Shown here piece by piece: positions 38,291-50,178 of a stretch of DNA of 64,000 nucleotides. Source of the stretch: Macrostomum lignano (lineage: Eukaryota); assembly GCA_002269645.1 (NCBI GenBank), contig NIVC01002341.1, forward strand, positions 1 to 64,000, read 5' to 3'. Position 1 is the stretch's first letter. Each line of letters begins with the position of its first letter. The notes below the pieces were generated by a model. That model worked only from the letters and a program-made list of their open reading frames with translations, was not told the origin of the DNA and did not search any database. The position numbers were made by a program, and so were the translations under genes.

Positions 38291-38650
38291 AGTATCAGTC
38301 AGAATTTTTCAATTCGCAAAATAATGCGTTTTGGACATAGACAATTTTTTGGGATTTCATTATTTCTTTCTTTGTCTTGTGTGCTGGTGTGTTAATGTGG
38401 GGGCTCCGCCCCCACACCCTTGCAGGGGAGCTCAACGCCCCCTTGACCCCGCTTTCTTCTGACCTTGCCATAGAAATTTTCAGCGGGCCGTGAAACCGAC
38501 TGAATGCATTAAAGTAAATGGGATTTTACCATAGACAGTCTCAGCGGCCCGTGAAAGGCGGTTTCACACCCGCTAACTATAACACTAATATGGATGGGCC
38601 GCATCGGGCAGAAACGAGCTAACACTCCTCGGTGCTACGCGACTCGGCGT
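38291..38650. mobile_element. Unclassified non-autonomous interspersed element; second copy at 62155-62480
   Basis: 38291-38560 is the reverse complement of ~62215-62480. 38590-38650 is a direct copy of ~62155-62213. GC-rich hairpin motifs are present. Confidence 0.7.
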
Positions 38651-38664
38651 TATAGCTGGTTTCT

Positions 38665-39990
38665 GCCCTCTGCAGCCCATCAATATTGGTATATTGTAGT
38701 CACCACAGGTTGCAGCAGGTCTTTTGTAGTTTCAATACAGCTCTGAAATCGAGGCGGACCAGCTCTTTGAAAGTGCTCGAGCTGCAAAGTTTTGGTGAAT
38801 CCATTCGGAACGGTAGTTGACAATGCCCAGAGCCAGTCAAACAGGATCATCTGACCGATGGGCTTGGTCAGTATTTCTTTTAGATTCCTGCTTGATGGCG
38901 CAATTCTTGCCAGAAACACGGCGATCTCCAAAAAGTTAGAAAAACTAGAATAAGACTCAGCCAGCCGAATTTCGCTGGTTGTCAAGTTCGGTTCCAATAT
39001 GTTTTGAAAAATTTGGTCCATGAAAATGCAGCTCGAGTACCGGCTAACGCGCACTGCGTGATGTTTTCAAGTCTCTCAACTGTCATCACCGAACGGAGCA
39101 TATCCGGAATCCTTCTTTGAAAACATGGCTCTGACATCACAGATTTAAATAAAAACTGCAGACGCAGAAAACCGAATGCTTTTTTAGTTTGCTCAAAGTC
39201 CAGGTCTACTGGACTTGTTGTATTCCACTTTTTTAGGAAGTCAAGAAATAGACTTAATCTAGTGCTGTTTCCAAGACCATGACGCCGAACACTTTCACCT
39301 GCAGTGTACCATTGTAAGTAGCTGACGATGTGCTAATTTCCAGCACGGTACTTTTTGTAACATTTTTGGCAACAGCAGGCAGTATCGCATGAAGCCTGTT
39401 TGTTGATTCCGAGACTGGCTCGAGAGAAAATGACATCCGCACGCCAGTCTTGACGAGAACTGCCATCAGCGACTCAATCCGAAGTCTTTCCACTCGACGA
39501 CTCGACTCGGTCTTTAGCTGGCTAAGCAGTTCTCTGACTGCCGATTACAGAAACGAACTGCTTTCTGCGTCTGCTTGAGATTCGCTGCCGTTTTTCCAGC
39601 TGAGACAGTCGCGGTAGAGTCTCCCAGCAGTTCCGCTCAGGTTCGACACCAAGTGGTCGTTCTGGCCGCGTTTCTTCAGCGTTGTCGGGCTCTTCAGCAG
39701 CTGGTGCAGCCGTCTATCGACAGTGTCCTGAGCTTGACTCAGCAATGCTTTATCGTGTCGCTGACGGTTTCCGCATGCGAAGTCGAATATGTCCTCGCAT
39801 GGGTCGACTGACTGGTTCACATAAAGAGCGGTTGTTATATCGAAATGAGCAACGTTGCAACCGGTAGAACTTGAGCTTCGCGAGTCGTCACCGGATGTTG
39901 GAGCACATCTTGACAGCTGCGTCGTGATCAGCAGAAGAGCCGTCAGTATTATGGGTTGAATTGTTGACAAGTATTTTTCTGCTGTTGATC
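38665..39990 (-). pseudogene. Neprilysin (M13)-like paralog 1; premature stop, at least two frameshifts, 3' part missing
   Basis: NQSVDPCEDIFDFACG and LYRDCL are M13 N-terminal hallmarks. An in-frame TAA sits at 39545-39547. Later segments (ENITQC...FSWTKFF; MILFDWL; CIETTKDLLQPVV) match paralog 2 in different frames. Homology ends at the element at 38650. Confidence 0.8.
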
Positions 39991-41408
39991 TTTTTTTCTG
40001 AAGAGAGAAGTGGTTCGAGTTCCTAATAGAACATAATGATGGAATATAGCTCGTAGAAGAAAAGTGGTGTTCTGTGAGCCTAAAATTATACGTTGTTAAA
40101 AGACTTAACATGGACAAATTAAAATCCGAAAGACGTCACTCTCTTATTCTCTTAGAAATGATCTGGAGGGCCGAAGGAACATTGATTTTTTCGTATCGCT
40201 ACTGGTACATTTGCTATGAGCTCTTGGGAAATCCGATTCTACTGGCGCAGAGTTTTTTCGATCGATTTTGTTTACATGAAATGCGCTAGCGCTATGAAAA
40301 AATACGTTCCTACTGGCTTTAAGCTTCTTTCTAAGAAACTAGAGATTAGCGCTCTGCTGCTATGAGACCGAATCTAGTAAAACAGGACAAAAATTTCTAA
40401 ACTTCAAAAACTTCACTCTGCTTGTAGCTGGCTCGAACTTTCGTGGCTTTTTATAGCTTCGGAAGCTTAAAATTTAACCTCAGTTGTAATACGTCCCTAC
40501 CAAGATGGTCAGTCGAGTGAGTTGCACACAAAGTCCACTTATTTTGAGTTGAATTTTAAAACACTAAGCTTGATACAATGCACAAGTGATGGTTGAACTA
40601 TTTAACTATTATCATATACCAAGTTTTAGAAACCAGAAAGCGAGCCCAACTACTCGTATGTAAAAGTCTACTTAAGACTTTGGTAACTATATTCACATAT
40701 ACCCTTAGGCATTAAATCTAAATAGATCCACGTTACGTCTAACGTGTATGATATAATGAAAGCTGAATTTCAAGAGTTGAAAAATTCACTTACCAAATGG
40801 TTTCTCTCAGTTTGTCAAGCTTGCAAAAATTGCTTGCCTAAATCCGCGAGCTTAAATACAGGATGTAGCCAAAAGGAATCGACTTGTTTTTTTATTTTCT
40901 TTTTCGCACGCAGACAAGTCGACCAGAAATTTGTTTTTCTTCAAATTGAAAAAAGCCGGCAACGAACTTTAAAAAAATTGAGTAACTGTTTTTTCCACCT
41001 CAAACGTTTTTATTGGGAAGATATATTTTGACTGCAAGAATATGAAAAGCCATTGATTGCGCTGCCTATATTTCGAGTGTGATTTTCTGCTAGCAGTGCA
41101 GTCTGCTGTCTGGAAAACATTTTTTCGAAAAAAAAATTAAAGCAACACTGAACTGCGTTGGCGAATCTTTCAGTCTTGTTAATCTGCAAATCTTTTTACT
41201 CAGTCTATCGTTCTACTCGTATTCAGGGAGATTGGTGGAAGAAGACAGCTTAGCTATAGCTATAGCCTCAGAGCAAAAGAGCTTTGTAGCTAACTATTGT
41301 GTAAGAAGAAACAACAATGAATGAAACGAACATTCTATGCATGTACTTCTTTTGATGCATACGTGTGCATTATGCCTTGATTTTGCTAGGCAGTAAGCAG
41401 TTTTGCTA

Positions 41409-41590
41409 CGAGGGGTGTCCCAAAAGTCGGTGCACTTTCTTCACAACAGTCTTTTCTGACCGATCAGAAATATAAAGTCTTTTGCAGTTGAAAAAAGAAT
41501 TAATTATCTGCCCGTTAAAATGAATTTCTGTTTATTTCTGTATCTGCTGGCATTCTTGAAATATGAGCACTTTTCTGCCCCACCCCTTGT
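41409..41590. mobile_element. Mariner-type MITE (~180 bp), degenerate right TIR
   Basis: TA|CGAGGGGTGTCCCAAAAGTCGGTGCAC on the left. GCACTTTTCTGCCCCACCCCTTGT is a decayed inverse on the right. Confidence 0.55.
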
Positions 41591-41681
41591 GCTACTTTAT
41601 CAAATTGCCATAGACCAAAGCTTTGTACCTGATGCACGAAACGACGAAGCATTCAACGAATCGACAAAACATCCGCAACAT

Positions 41682-42121
41682 GAAAGCTGAGGAAAGAACA
41701 GTTAAAAGTTAATCAACATTGTCTTGAGGCTTCTCCACATAGTCACCACTGCGCTGCACACTTCTGCCATCGGCTGTGCATGTCGACAACGCACGTCCCA
41801 CACGGCCAAGAAACCGGAGGAGACGATCGAGCAGGCAAATTTTGTGCTGCTCTCACTGCCACCCTACTCTCCAGATTTCTCAACAGCTGACTTTGCCTTC
41901 TTTCCAATGAGGAAGAAGCTGCTGCATCGACAAATCTTTGCTTGTCGTGGGAGCCTGGAAGCATTGACTCGCCAAGTTCTCCTTCATGAGATGCCGCGCT
42001 CAGATTTTGCTGATTGACGACATGCACAGCCGATGGCAGAAGTGTGCAGCGCAGTGGTGACTGTGTGGAGAAGCCTCAAGACAATGTTGATTAACTTTTA
42101 ACTGTTCTTTCCTCAGCTTTC
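41682..42121 (+). mobile_element. Mariner transposase C-terminal fragment flanked by 104-bp inverted repeats
   Basis: LSLPPYSPDFSTADFAFF, RWQKC and GDCVEK are mariner-like. 41682-41785 is the reverse complement of 42018-42121 with one mismatch seen. Confidence 0.8.
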
Positions 42122-43275
42122 GTACAAATTTGACCACTCATTTGAGTCAAGGACCCAAGTACCATCATTATTTACTTATGTTGCTCTTGTCGAAAAGCTG
42201 CAAACAAGATTGGAGCGGAAAATTCCACCTCAGCGCCTGACAATCTTTTTGCTGCTCCGGAACGGAACAACGCAGGCACACGAAATTCAAGAACACGGGC
42301 TGCCTTTTTGTTGAAAACTTTGAAAAACGTTGAAAACAAGAATCAAGTCGACAGTCTCCAGACTGTCGAGATATTCAACGATTCTGCCAGAAGGTCTGAT
42401 TTTTTCAATAAACGCTAGTTTATTCAGTACACCCCTGTGCGCCAATCAGCACTGCGCCTCAGTGCAGCCTTGCCAAGCCTCCAAATTTCACCAGCACGTC
42501 GATCGCATGCGTCTGCAGCAGCTTGATTTCGTTTGTCACTGTCCTTCACCCAGGCAGGCTTCTGGACCTTTAACAGATGGCTAGAGAATAGATCATAACA
42601 TGCAAATTTTTTCACATTTCTATGGCTGCATAAGTGGCTAATGTTGTGTAACGTTGTAACATCTTTGCAGAATAATCTACGTCCGGGGCTGCACCGCTTC
42701 GTTCAGTTTTTCAATTTTAGGATTACAGGTCCATGTGGTTTAAGGCCATGCAATCCCGGTAGTTAAAAACGACAGCAACAGCTCCCTAGACCATTATTAT
42801 TTCTTTGGTCCTGATAGTCGTTTGTGGACGGCTTTCGAAAGAGATCAAGTTTAAAAGGATTGACGAAAGTAAGATTGTAAATATTAGCTATATATTGTCT
42901 CCAAGTACGAGCTGCAATTATTGAGTTGCGAGAGTTCGTCGCTGCAGGTTGCAAAGTCGCGGCTTGGCACTGCTCGTGCAATTAGGGCACAGTGAGGCGT
43001 ACATGCCTAACGATAAATAAAATTAGGGTCGCTGTACAATCCTGTGTGAGTGTGTGCCTGTGCGTATGACTGCGTACTTATCCGCGCTCTTGTGTACCTG
43101 CTCAGGGTAGTCGGCGGAATGGGCAGGCAGTAATGTCGCTTAAAGTGCACCACGGATGCAGACAGTACTAAAAATATACTGCCTCATAGTACTAAAAAAT
43201 CTTCAATTTGCATTCAAAGAACTGTCTAGACAGCTGGCGATCGAACTGAGATGTCGAATCAGGGACTACTCAATT

Positions 43276-44216
43276 AGCCGTATAAATAAAGTGAGTAGTT
43301 GCTTAAACTCGGCGAGATTCTCAAATTGGTATGAATAAAATGAGTGCGTCCTCCTGAGCAAGTGCTCAAAATCGATTTCCCAAGAGTTAGTGCTCTCCCG
43401 ACAGCAAATGCTCGGTGACTGAGTAGAGACTCGCTTCAGTATGAATAAACTAGTCATAAACAAATTGTCTTGAGATCTTGCTCAGCAAAAGTTGAGTCTC
43501 CTCTGTAGTGACTCACTGGTTGAGCAGCATCCAGCCACTGCTTTGAAAGTGAATCTTCCAGCCACTGCCTGCCACTGGCTACTTGTATCCTACTTGTATA
43601 GGCGTTATTCCAGATGGCCGAATTCATTCCAGACAGAGTGCCTGCGGAGCGAAAACTATCTATCGAGCGACACAGTATGGACGTGTATCGCGACGATGAG
43701 TATAAGCGGCTCTTTCGTTTCTCTCGTGAAAGCGTTTCCTTTATTCTTTATCCTTTATCCTTTATTCTTTATCCTGTCGGTATGTGTTTAAATCCCGAGA
43801 GCCTACCAAGTGAAATGCTGACCATAAAAACCACGATATATCTATCTTATACTACTTTCCTTTCTGGGATTTATTCGAAAAAAATCCCTGAAATGTTTTA
43901 TTCCTTCCTTCCTTCGCTAATTTTGTCTATGGCTGCGAGTCTCTGTAAATCAGTCCAACAGCCTAAGGGACAGTATAAGGCGATTTATAGGGCACACGAG
44001 AGATGCCGGGGACCGCTTTCGTTTCGTCTATGGCCAAGAGGTGCCAAGCAGTTACTCAGAATGAGAAGCAAATGCTCCGCATGTGAGAAATTTCTTTTTT
44101 ATATGAACATTGAGCGACTGCTCCAGATCAGAGCAGTTGCTCGAGTTCGAGCTCTTGCTCAATCTCAGAGTTTGAGGTGAAACTCGCCAGTTATTACTCA
44201 TTTTATTCATATGGCC
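43276..44216 (+). mobile_element. Degraded PIF/Harbinger-like element (~940 bp)
   Basis: 22-bp TIRs (AGCCGTATAAATAAAGTGAGTA and the inverse of TACTCATTTTATTCATATGGCC, 4 mismatches). Internal MDVYRDDEYKRLFRFSRESVSFIL resembles the HARBI1/Harbinger transposase N-terminus. The canonical TWA TSD is not evident; AATT flanks both ends. Confidence 0.5.
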
Positions 44217-44629
44217 AATTAACTAGGGACGGGAAACTACAAAATTTGGAGGCCGATCTATTAATAACTTAGTGCTCGAAAAGCCTTACTTGGATAGGTT
44301 TTTACCACAGACACAAACTCACCGATTACAAGTTCAGCTGAACTGATACTACCAAGGATTTACTACAGCATGTGGCAGCGGATGGAGAAAGAAATGCTAG
44401 ATACTGAACTAAAGCTTATTTAGCGAGCACTGGATCCCAAAGCGGAGTCTCCAAAGCTTCCGAGCATAAATAAACATTTTTGGAAACATGAACTTTTCAT
44501 GCTTTTGTCGAGTATATAGGATAATCGTCTACTAATCAGTAGCAAGACTAGAATCTCTTCTAGTTCACGTAAAAACGAACTTACGATATGATAGGTAGAT
44601 ATAACTTTGAATGTCTCTCTCTACAGTTA

Positions 44630-44710
44630 ACGTCCTAGCTCAGTGGTTAAGACCAGCTGACAACGAGTAAAAGATAAAAGTGGCCTATCGTACGTTTGAA
44701 TCTCAGTCTT
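44630..44710 (+). other. Degenerate tRNA-like/SINE head
   Basis: A-box TAGCTCAGTGG at 44636-44646 and imperfect B-box GTTTGAATC at 44694-44702. No full cloverleaf. Confidence 0.4.
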
Positions 44711-44951
44711 AGAGTCACATGTAAACGCTCACAGAGTTGACAGAAAAAGACAAGATGCTATTAAGATAAAGATCAAGGCAAGATTTTTAGCAACTTCAGC
44801 CCGCTAAGGTGCAGTTCCTTGCGTTGGCAACGCATGTATTTGTTTAATTTATCAATTTTTCCGAATAATTATCGAGTCATTGAGTCTGAATCAAGTTGTT
44901 TTCTCTCATGGCAACAGGCTTTGCCTTATTTCAACCTCCATTCTGCATAAT

Positions 44952-47026
44952 TCAATCCCAAAAAACGCACTTGTTGGCCTTATTATTCGTCTTTCCACAC
45001 TGATAAGCTCTAGCCAGGTCTCTGTTATTTGCCAAAATACTTTCAAAGCGACCCCGGTTACTAATTAGCCTATCATCAGCAGCCATTGGTTCAACTTCGC
45101 CTCCGCAGAACAGTTGAGCAGCCAATGGAAACAGGAGCTGCTTGAAGTCGCGGACTTGATGCTTGCAGAACGCGTTGACCTGGTTCATCCTACTGTCAGA
45201 TGACTTGATGGCTTCACAAACTTTTACAGTCAACTCCATGATAGCAAGGTCCTGGACGAGAATCCGACTTAACCTGAGCTTTGCTTCCTTATTGGCGAAC
45301 TCAGTTGCATTGTTTGATTGGGCAGTCGAGTTGGTCGGACTACTAAGACGTACCAATGAGTTGTTTGTAACGCAGTGCAACAATTCCAAACCTTTAATTT
45401 GGGTCTCAGGATTTTCGCGGTAAGCGGCGCTCAACTCAACTCTCCATTGAGCTTGCAGACAAGTTATAAAAGAACGACCAAAATGAGGTTCTTCTGTAGT
45501 TTTAAGTCTGTCCAGAGCCTGAGTGTAAATCTGCTCCATCTGGGGGTCTGTCAGCTCGAGAAATTCTGTCACCGGCCGAACGTTGCTCAAAATGTCTTCA
45601 TACATATTTTTCCTGCGCGGCGGCAACCACCTCAGCGATAACAAACTATCCACTGTGACATTCTTCAATATCTGAAAAATTTCAACTGCATGAGAAATGT
45701 CACTTGGCATAGTTATGTGCGTTTCTTTGTACATGCTGGTTAGGACAGGTTGAAGCAGATTCTGCGTCACAATCAAACAGTTCTTTTCCATGGATTTAGT
45801 TTTGCTTCTTAATAGTGAATGGGAGTCCTTCGGGTCCATTAACTTGTCCAGTCCGTTAATTGAGACAAAAATATTTAATAACCAATCGAACAATAGAAAC
45901 CTTGTGTACCGGGATGAAGTCATCATACTCCATGGTATCTCATGGGGCAACCGACTTAGAAAAAAATTTACATAGTTGACTACGAGTATTCTCACCAAGT
46001 TATAGTGGTCCATTTCTAGATCAATCATTGAAATATTAGTAGATGCTGTTAGTTCTTGGAAAAACAATGTCCAAGAGAAACTCATATCCTCTGCATCGGT
46101 TGCCCACTGAGTAATATTGTTTAGTTCATTCACACTTACCCTTTCGAGGCATCTGTCACTCTTTGATCCTAGATTTTCAGCAAAAAACCTTGTTCGCTTT
46201 GTATCATTCTCAAGAACTTGTAAAATTGATTCTATCATCCATGCCGTTTCGTTGGCACTCATACTCAATGACGGGGCTATTCTGTATCGATTAATGTAGT
46301 CAAAAATTATTTCAAAATCCACTACGTCTGTCTTATTTTGCGTCGTACTTTGAAGCCGCTTACCAAAGAAGTAGTCAAAGCAACGCAATTCCATCAAAAG
46401 AGCCACACGTCGCGACTCTTTTTTTGAGACTCCATTTATAACGTGCATATTTTTTCGCTTTTTGATGCAACGGAATCGATTCGTAAAGTAGTTGGCACTC
46501 CGGTTCTAATTAGCAGCGCAAGCAGAGCCTCCAGTCGTAGTCGGCCTTCTTGTCGATTCGCCTCGGCCTCAAGCTGACTAAGCATCTCGTCGAATGCCAG
46601 TCGAAAGAACGATCCAATTGATTCCTCTTCGGATTCATTAAATTTCTTGCCAAAGTCCATGCAGTCCCGGTAAATGCGAGCAGGAAGAGCTAATAGTTTT
46701 TTCACCACGTTTTTTTCGTTGCCACTTTTTGCGTGTATGGATTCGTTCAGCAGCTTATATAGCTTGTTGTCCATGTTTTCTTGGGCTTGCTCTGCCATGC
46801 TGCTCTTACTATCAGTGTCGCCGCACGTCACTTGGAACATGTCCATGCAGGGCTCTACGGATTGGCTCGTCCAACCTGTAGCGTCGCCACTGAGCTTTTT
46901 AACGCAGCTCAAAGCGTCTTGGTAGTTGCCAGCTGGCGACTGAACCGCCGTCTTTGCCGGCCCAGCCCATACGATCGACACCAAGAGAACAGACAGAGCC
47001 ACGTTCAGTGCGAGTCTGCCGTCCAT
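44952..47026 (-). CDS. Secreted neprilysin (M13)-fold protein lacking zinc ligands, ~690 aa if one frameshift at ~46450 is corrected; coding region intronless
   Basis: Signal peptide MDGRLALNVALSVLLVSIVWA, SVEPCMDMFQVTCG and IYRDCM at the N-terminus. C-terminal KQLLFPLAAQLFCG...AYQC...KCVFW matches the M13 end. No HExxH in either ORF. The two ORFs overlap at an A6 homopolymer. Confidence 0.85.
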
Positions 47027-50000
47027 TTTTTCGAATTTACTGTTTTGCTTGTTGTTCCTGGAAAATAAATAGGTTAGTAGTTTTGAAAGCGATCAACTAC
47101 ATGTCATGGTAGCACATTTACAACTTTTTGGCATAGTTTTAACTACATCAGAAGTGAGTCACTAGACATATCAATGGGTGTTAGGTTAAGCTATCAGCAG
47201 TTGTTACACCGCTCTGTGCCGCTTTCCTCTAGTTCGTATATGCAGTCACCGTTAGCAAGTGGCAAAACATGAATATGTATTTTAAATAAATAAAATTTAT
47301 GCATTAAGCCTGTCTGGACAAACCCTCCCAATGAACTGAAATAGCTTATATTGAATTAGATCTGATAAGTCATCAAATTTGGATCACAAGATGCTCGCTC
47401 GAGGCGTATGCCGCTGATAGTGTCACAAATATTGGCTAAGATTCCATAATTTCTATGCGTGATCCCTGATAGTTCCCTGATTGCATGATAACTACTAAAA
47501 ATGCGGGGTACTCCGATGTTGGCAGAAGCCACAATTTATTGCGAGAAGGCGGTAAAATACCGAACGGCTAAGACACATGTAGCTGGGTCTAACAGTGCAC
47601 TCAAATTTCTATCATTTTCTACCAGAAATTATGTCTGGACCAGCTCGCATAGGTGTTTTCAGCATGCAAGTGACGTATGAGACAGACTAGGCTTATGGGC
47701 TAAGGTCTGCGATGCGCGAAGCCTGCCCCTATCTTCAGCAGGTAAAGGCTGGTATGAGGTCTGCACCCTCTATTTGCCTCTGACAGCCGCAGACCCCCAA
47801 CACCACGCTGTCTCGCAAGCCGACCCAGGGGTACCCGTCCCCGCGAGTGTTCAAGGCAGACCCTAGGGCGGCTGGACAGACTGGGCTCCGACGCTGCCTA
47901 TCCAGTGGCTTTTTGCCAAACTTGGGTATGCTGGTCTGGCTCGCCAGTCCGCAGGCCGTAGTACTGCTCAACGTATCCTCTAATGCTTAAGGTGTTCGGC
48001 CGTGCCGATGGGCTGGAAGGCCTGGGAGTAGTCCCGTCGCTAGCGGTCCCCCTCCTGGTACCGCACCCCTTCGAGGGTAGCTAACCAACCTTTATCATGG
48101 CCTTCGAGCCGACTATGGATAAGAAATCGTCCATAGCAACGCGTCGGCCGTTCAGGGATTAGCGGAATGGGCGTCCGCGCCTTCCCTCTGAACTGAAAAA
48201 TTTAGAATAACCCGTAGATGAAATCAAAATGCTTACGCTGCAGCAGATGTTGTGTCGTAGATAAAATAGTAGCTTGTTGCTTTAGCTCAAATATTTAGCT
48301 TGCTTGAATTATAAATTCGAGGCTTGTTAGCCCAGATAGTCAGTAAATATACATGTAGTTATAATACACCAATGCCCTCGTGTTTAAATTTAAAGTTAAA
48401 TTTAGTTTAAAGTTAAAGTTAAATTTAAATTTAAATTTAAAGCCCAATGATATATTCGTTGCATTACATGTATAGCAAAATTTTTCGAGCATTGAAGGAC
48501 TCTGACTAATAAGTGACCAGTCATTCAGATATATAAAATTTTAACATTGTTACGATAATTTTTAACTAATGAATCACCAAGAAAAATGTGACAAAATTAG
48601 GAAAATGGCTATGGTCCAATAGTCTGTATAAGCAGCAAGTATTGACATGGCATTTGTAAATTCACGACATTTCAAAAGTAAAGGTTGTCCCGCCGTCAAG
48701 GAAGAAACAGGAATTTTCCCAGCTTAACCATTAGTCACCCGAAGACTGGTTGCCACCACTCGGATTAGCCAGAGGTTGACATCCAAGCACAAGGAGAGAG
48801 ACAAGGCCTCACAGTGCAAAAGCAGATGGCGCCACCTATAATCCTTAAAATGAAATGGCGAGCCTTCAAATGCAATGTTATAACATAACCCCTGATGAAT
48901 CAGCGCCCTTTCAAATCAAGCGGCGCCCCTCAAAACGAACGCGCAATCAATGAAAATTCCTGGATAGGCCGTGAATGGAGCTTTTAGCAGTTATTGAACA
49001 TCAATGCATCAATATTTCACAGTTTCGAAATTAATTCGATAAATCTTTTAACCCGTTTGCCATGGCCAGACTTACAAGTAATGGAAGCTTTGCCAACAAG
49101 CTCATCGAATGTCGTGAAACGAGCTTTTCAAGTGAAAGGTAATTTTCAACCCAACGGAGTTATTATATAGTACACTAAAAGAAGAGGTGACCCATTGATC
49201 GTTGGAATGCGGTAAAAGGCGTTAGAGAGAGTTTAGCCGTGACGAGCAATAACTCTACTAGTTGCGTCATGTGGAGCCTATACCTGTCAACTACAAATAC
49301 AGCTTTTATGAGACGTCTGTAATGCTTGAGCCGGTGAAATCCCCTATGCACCATCTAGGACAATTGGATAACAAGGCACTCATCATTCAGCTGGTTTTAA
49401 CGATGCCACAGCTAGTTTCGTATAGGCTGTCTGACCTGTGCTGTTCGGAAAGTAAGCGAACGCTTTCGAAAAGTCGGCAATGGTAGATTGTGTATATGGT
49501 TTTTTATGGCTTTTTATGAGTCGTAAAAAATTAATCATTGTCTATACCTCCGATATCTCGTGAAGTTATACACGATGACGTCATTCCTGGCTGTTCCGAG
49601 CGACTACCTGGGATGTCTTTTGGCTGCAGTCTGTTAACAGTTTGTTAAAGCGTTGTACCATCTACAAATAGCCATTATAGTAGTTGTCATTTGAACTTAG
49701 CCTGACAAATTAAATAAATCAATTGTTTCACTATAATCGCGAGCTGCTGTTATGTCAAGATGTATTACGAGCATAAATAGTAATTTAAAGAGTATTTTAT
49801 TCCTCTAACCCGCTAAATACTTTGCAGTTTAGAAAAACTTTATAATTACTTCAAACAAAAAACCAACTTTATTTTAAAAGAAGAGTTTGGTTGAATGGAA
49901 AGTTAATTATTGCGGCTGAAAAGTTTTCGAGTTCTTTTCTAGTAGTTTTTCCGGGTGAATTCCAACCTCAGCTCGCTATATAAACTCAAAATTCAGTATA

Positions 50001-50178
50001 ATTGTCGAATTCCGTTGCAAATAGCCGTGGATATCTTGCGGATCTGGTTAATTTCATCACAGATAGCGTACGTACTGACGTTTCCCTCAACCGCTTCCGG
50101 TTTTTGTTGAAATTTGAAACATAGTCCAGCTTAGTGAGTGAGGGACATTAAAAGCTGTAGTTTTTGGCATGAATTTTG

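Noticed and set aside
37237-38340. 289-362 aa ORFs in the 20-bp array
   Set aside because: The unit length is not a multiple of 3 and lacks stops in several frames, so ORFs arise automatically.
46440-46460. Programmed -1 ribosomal frameshift in the neprilysin-like gene
   Set aside because: The codon context GAA AAA ATA is not a canonical X XXY YYZ slippery site, and the paralog reads through in frame. A homopolymer error is simpler.
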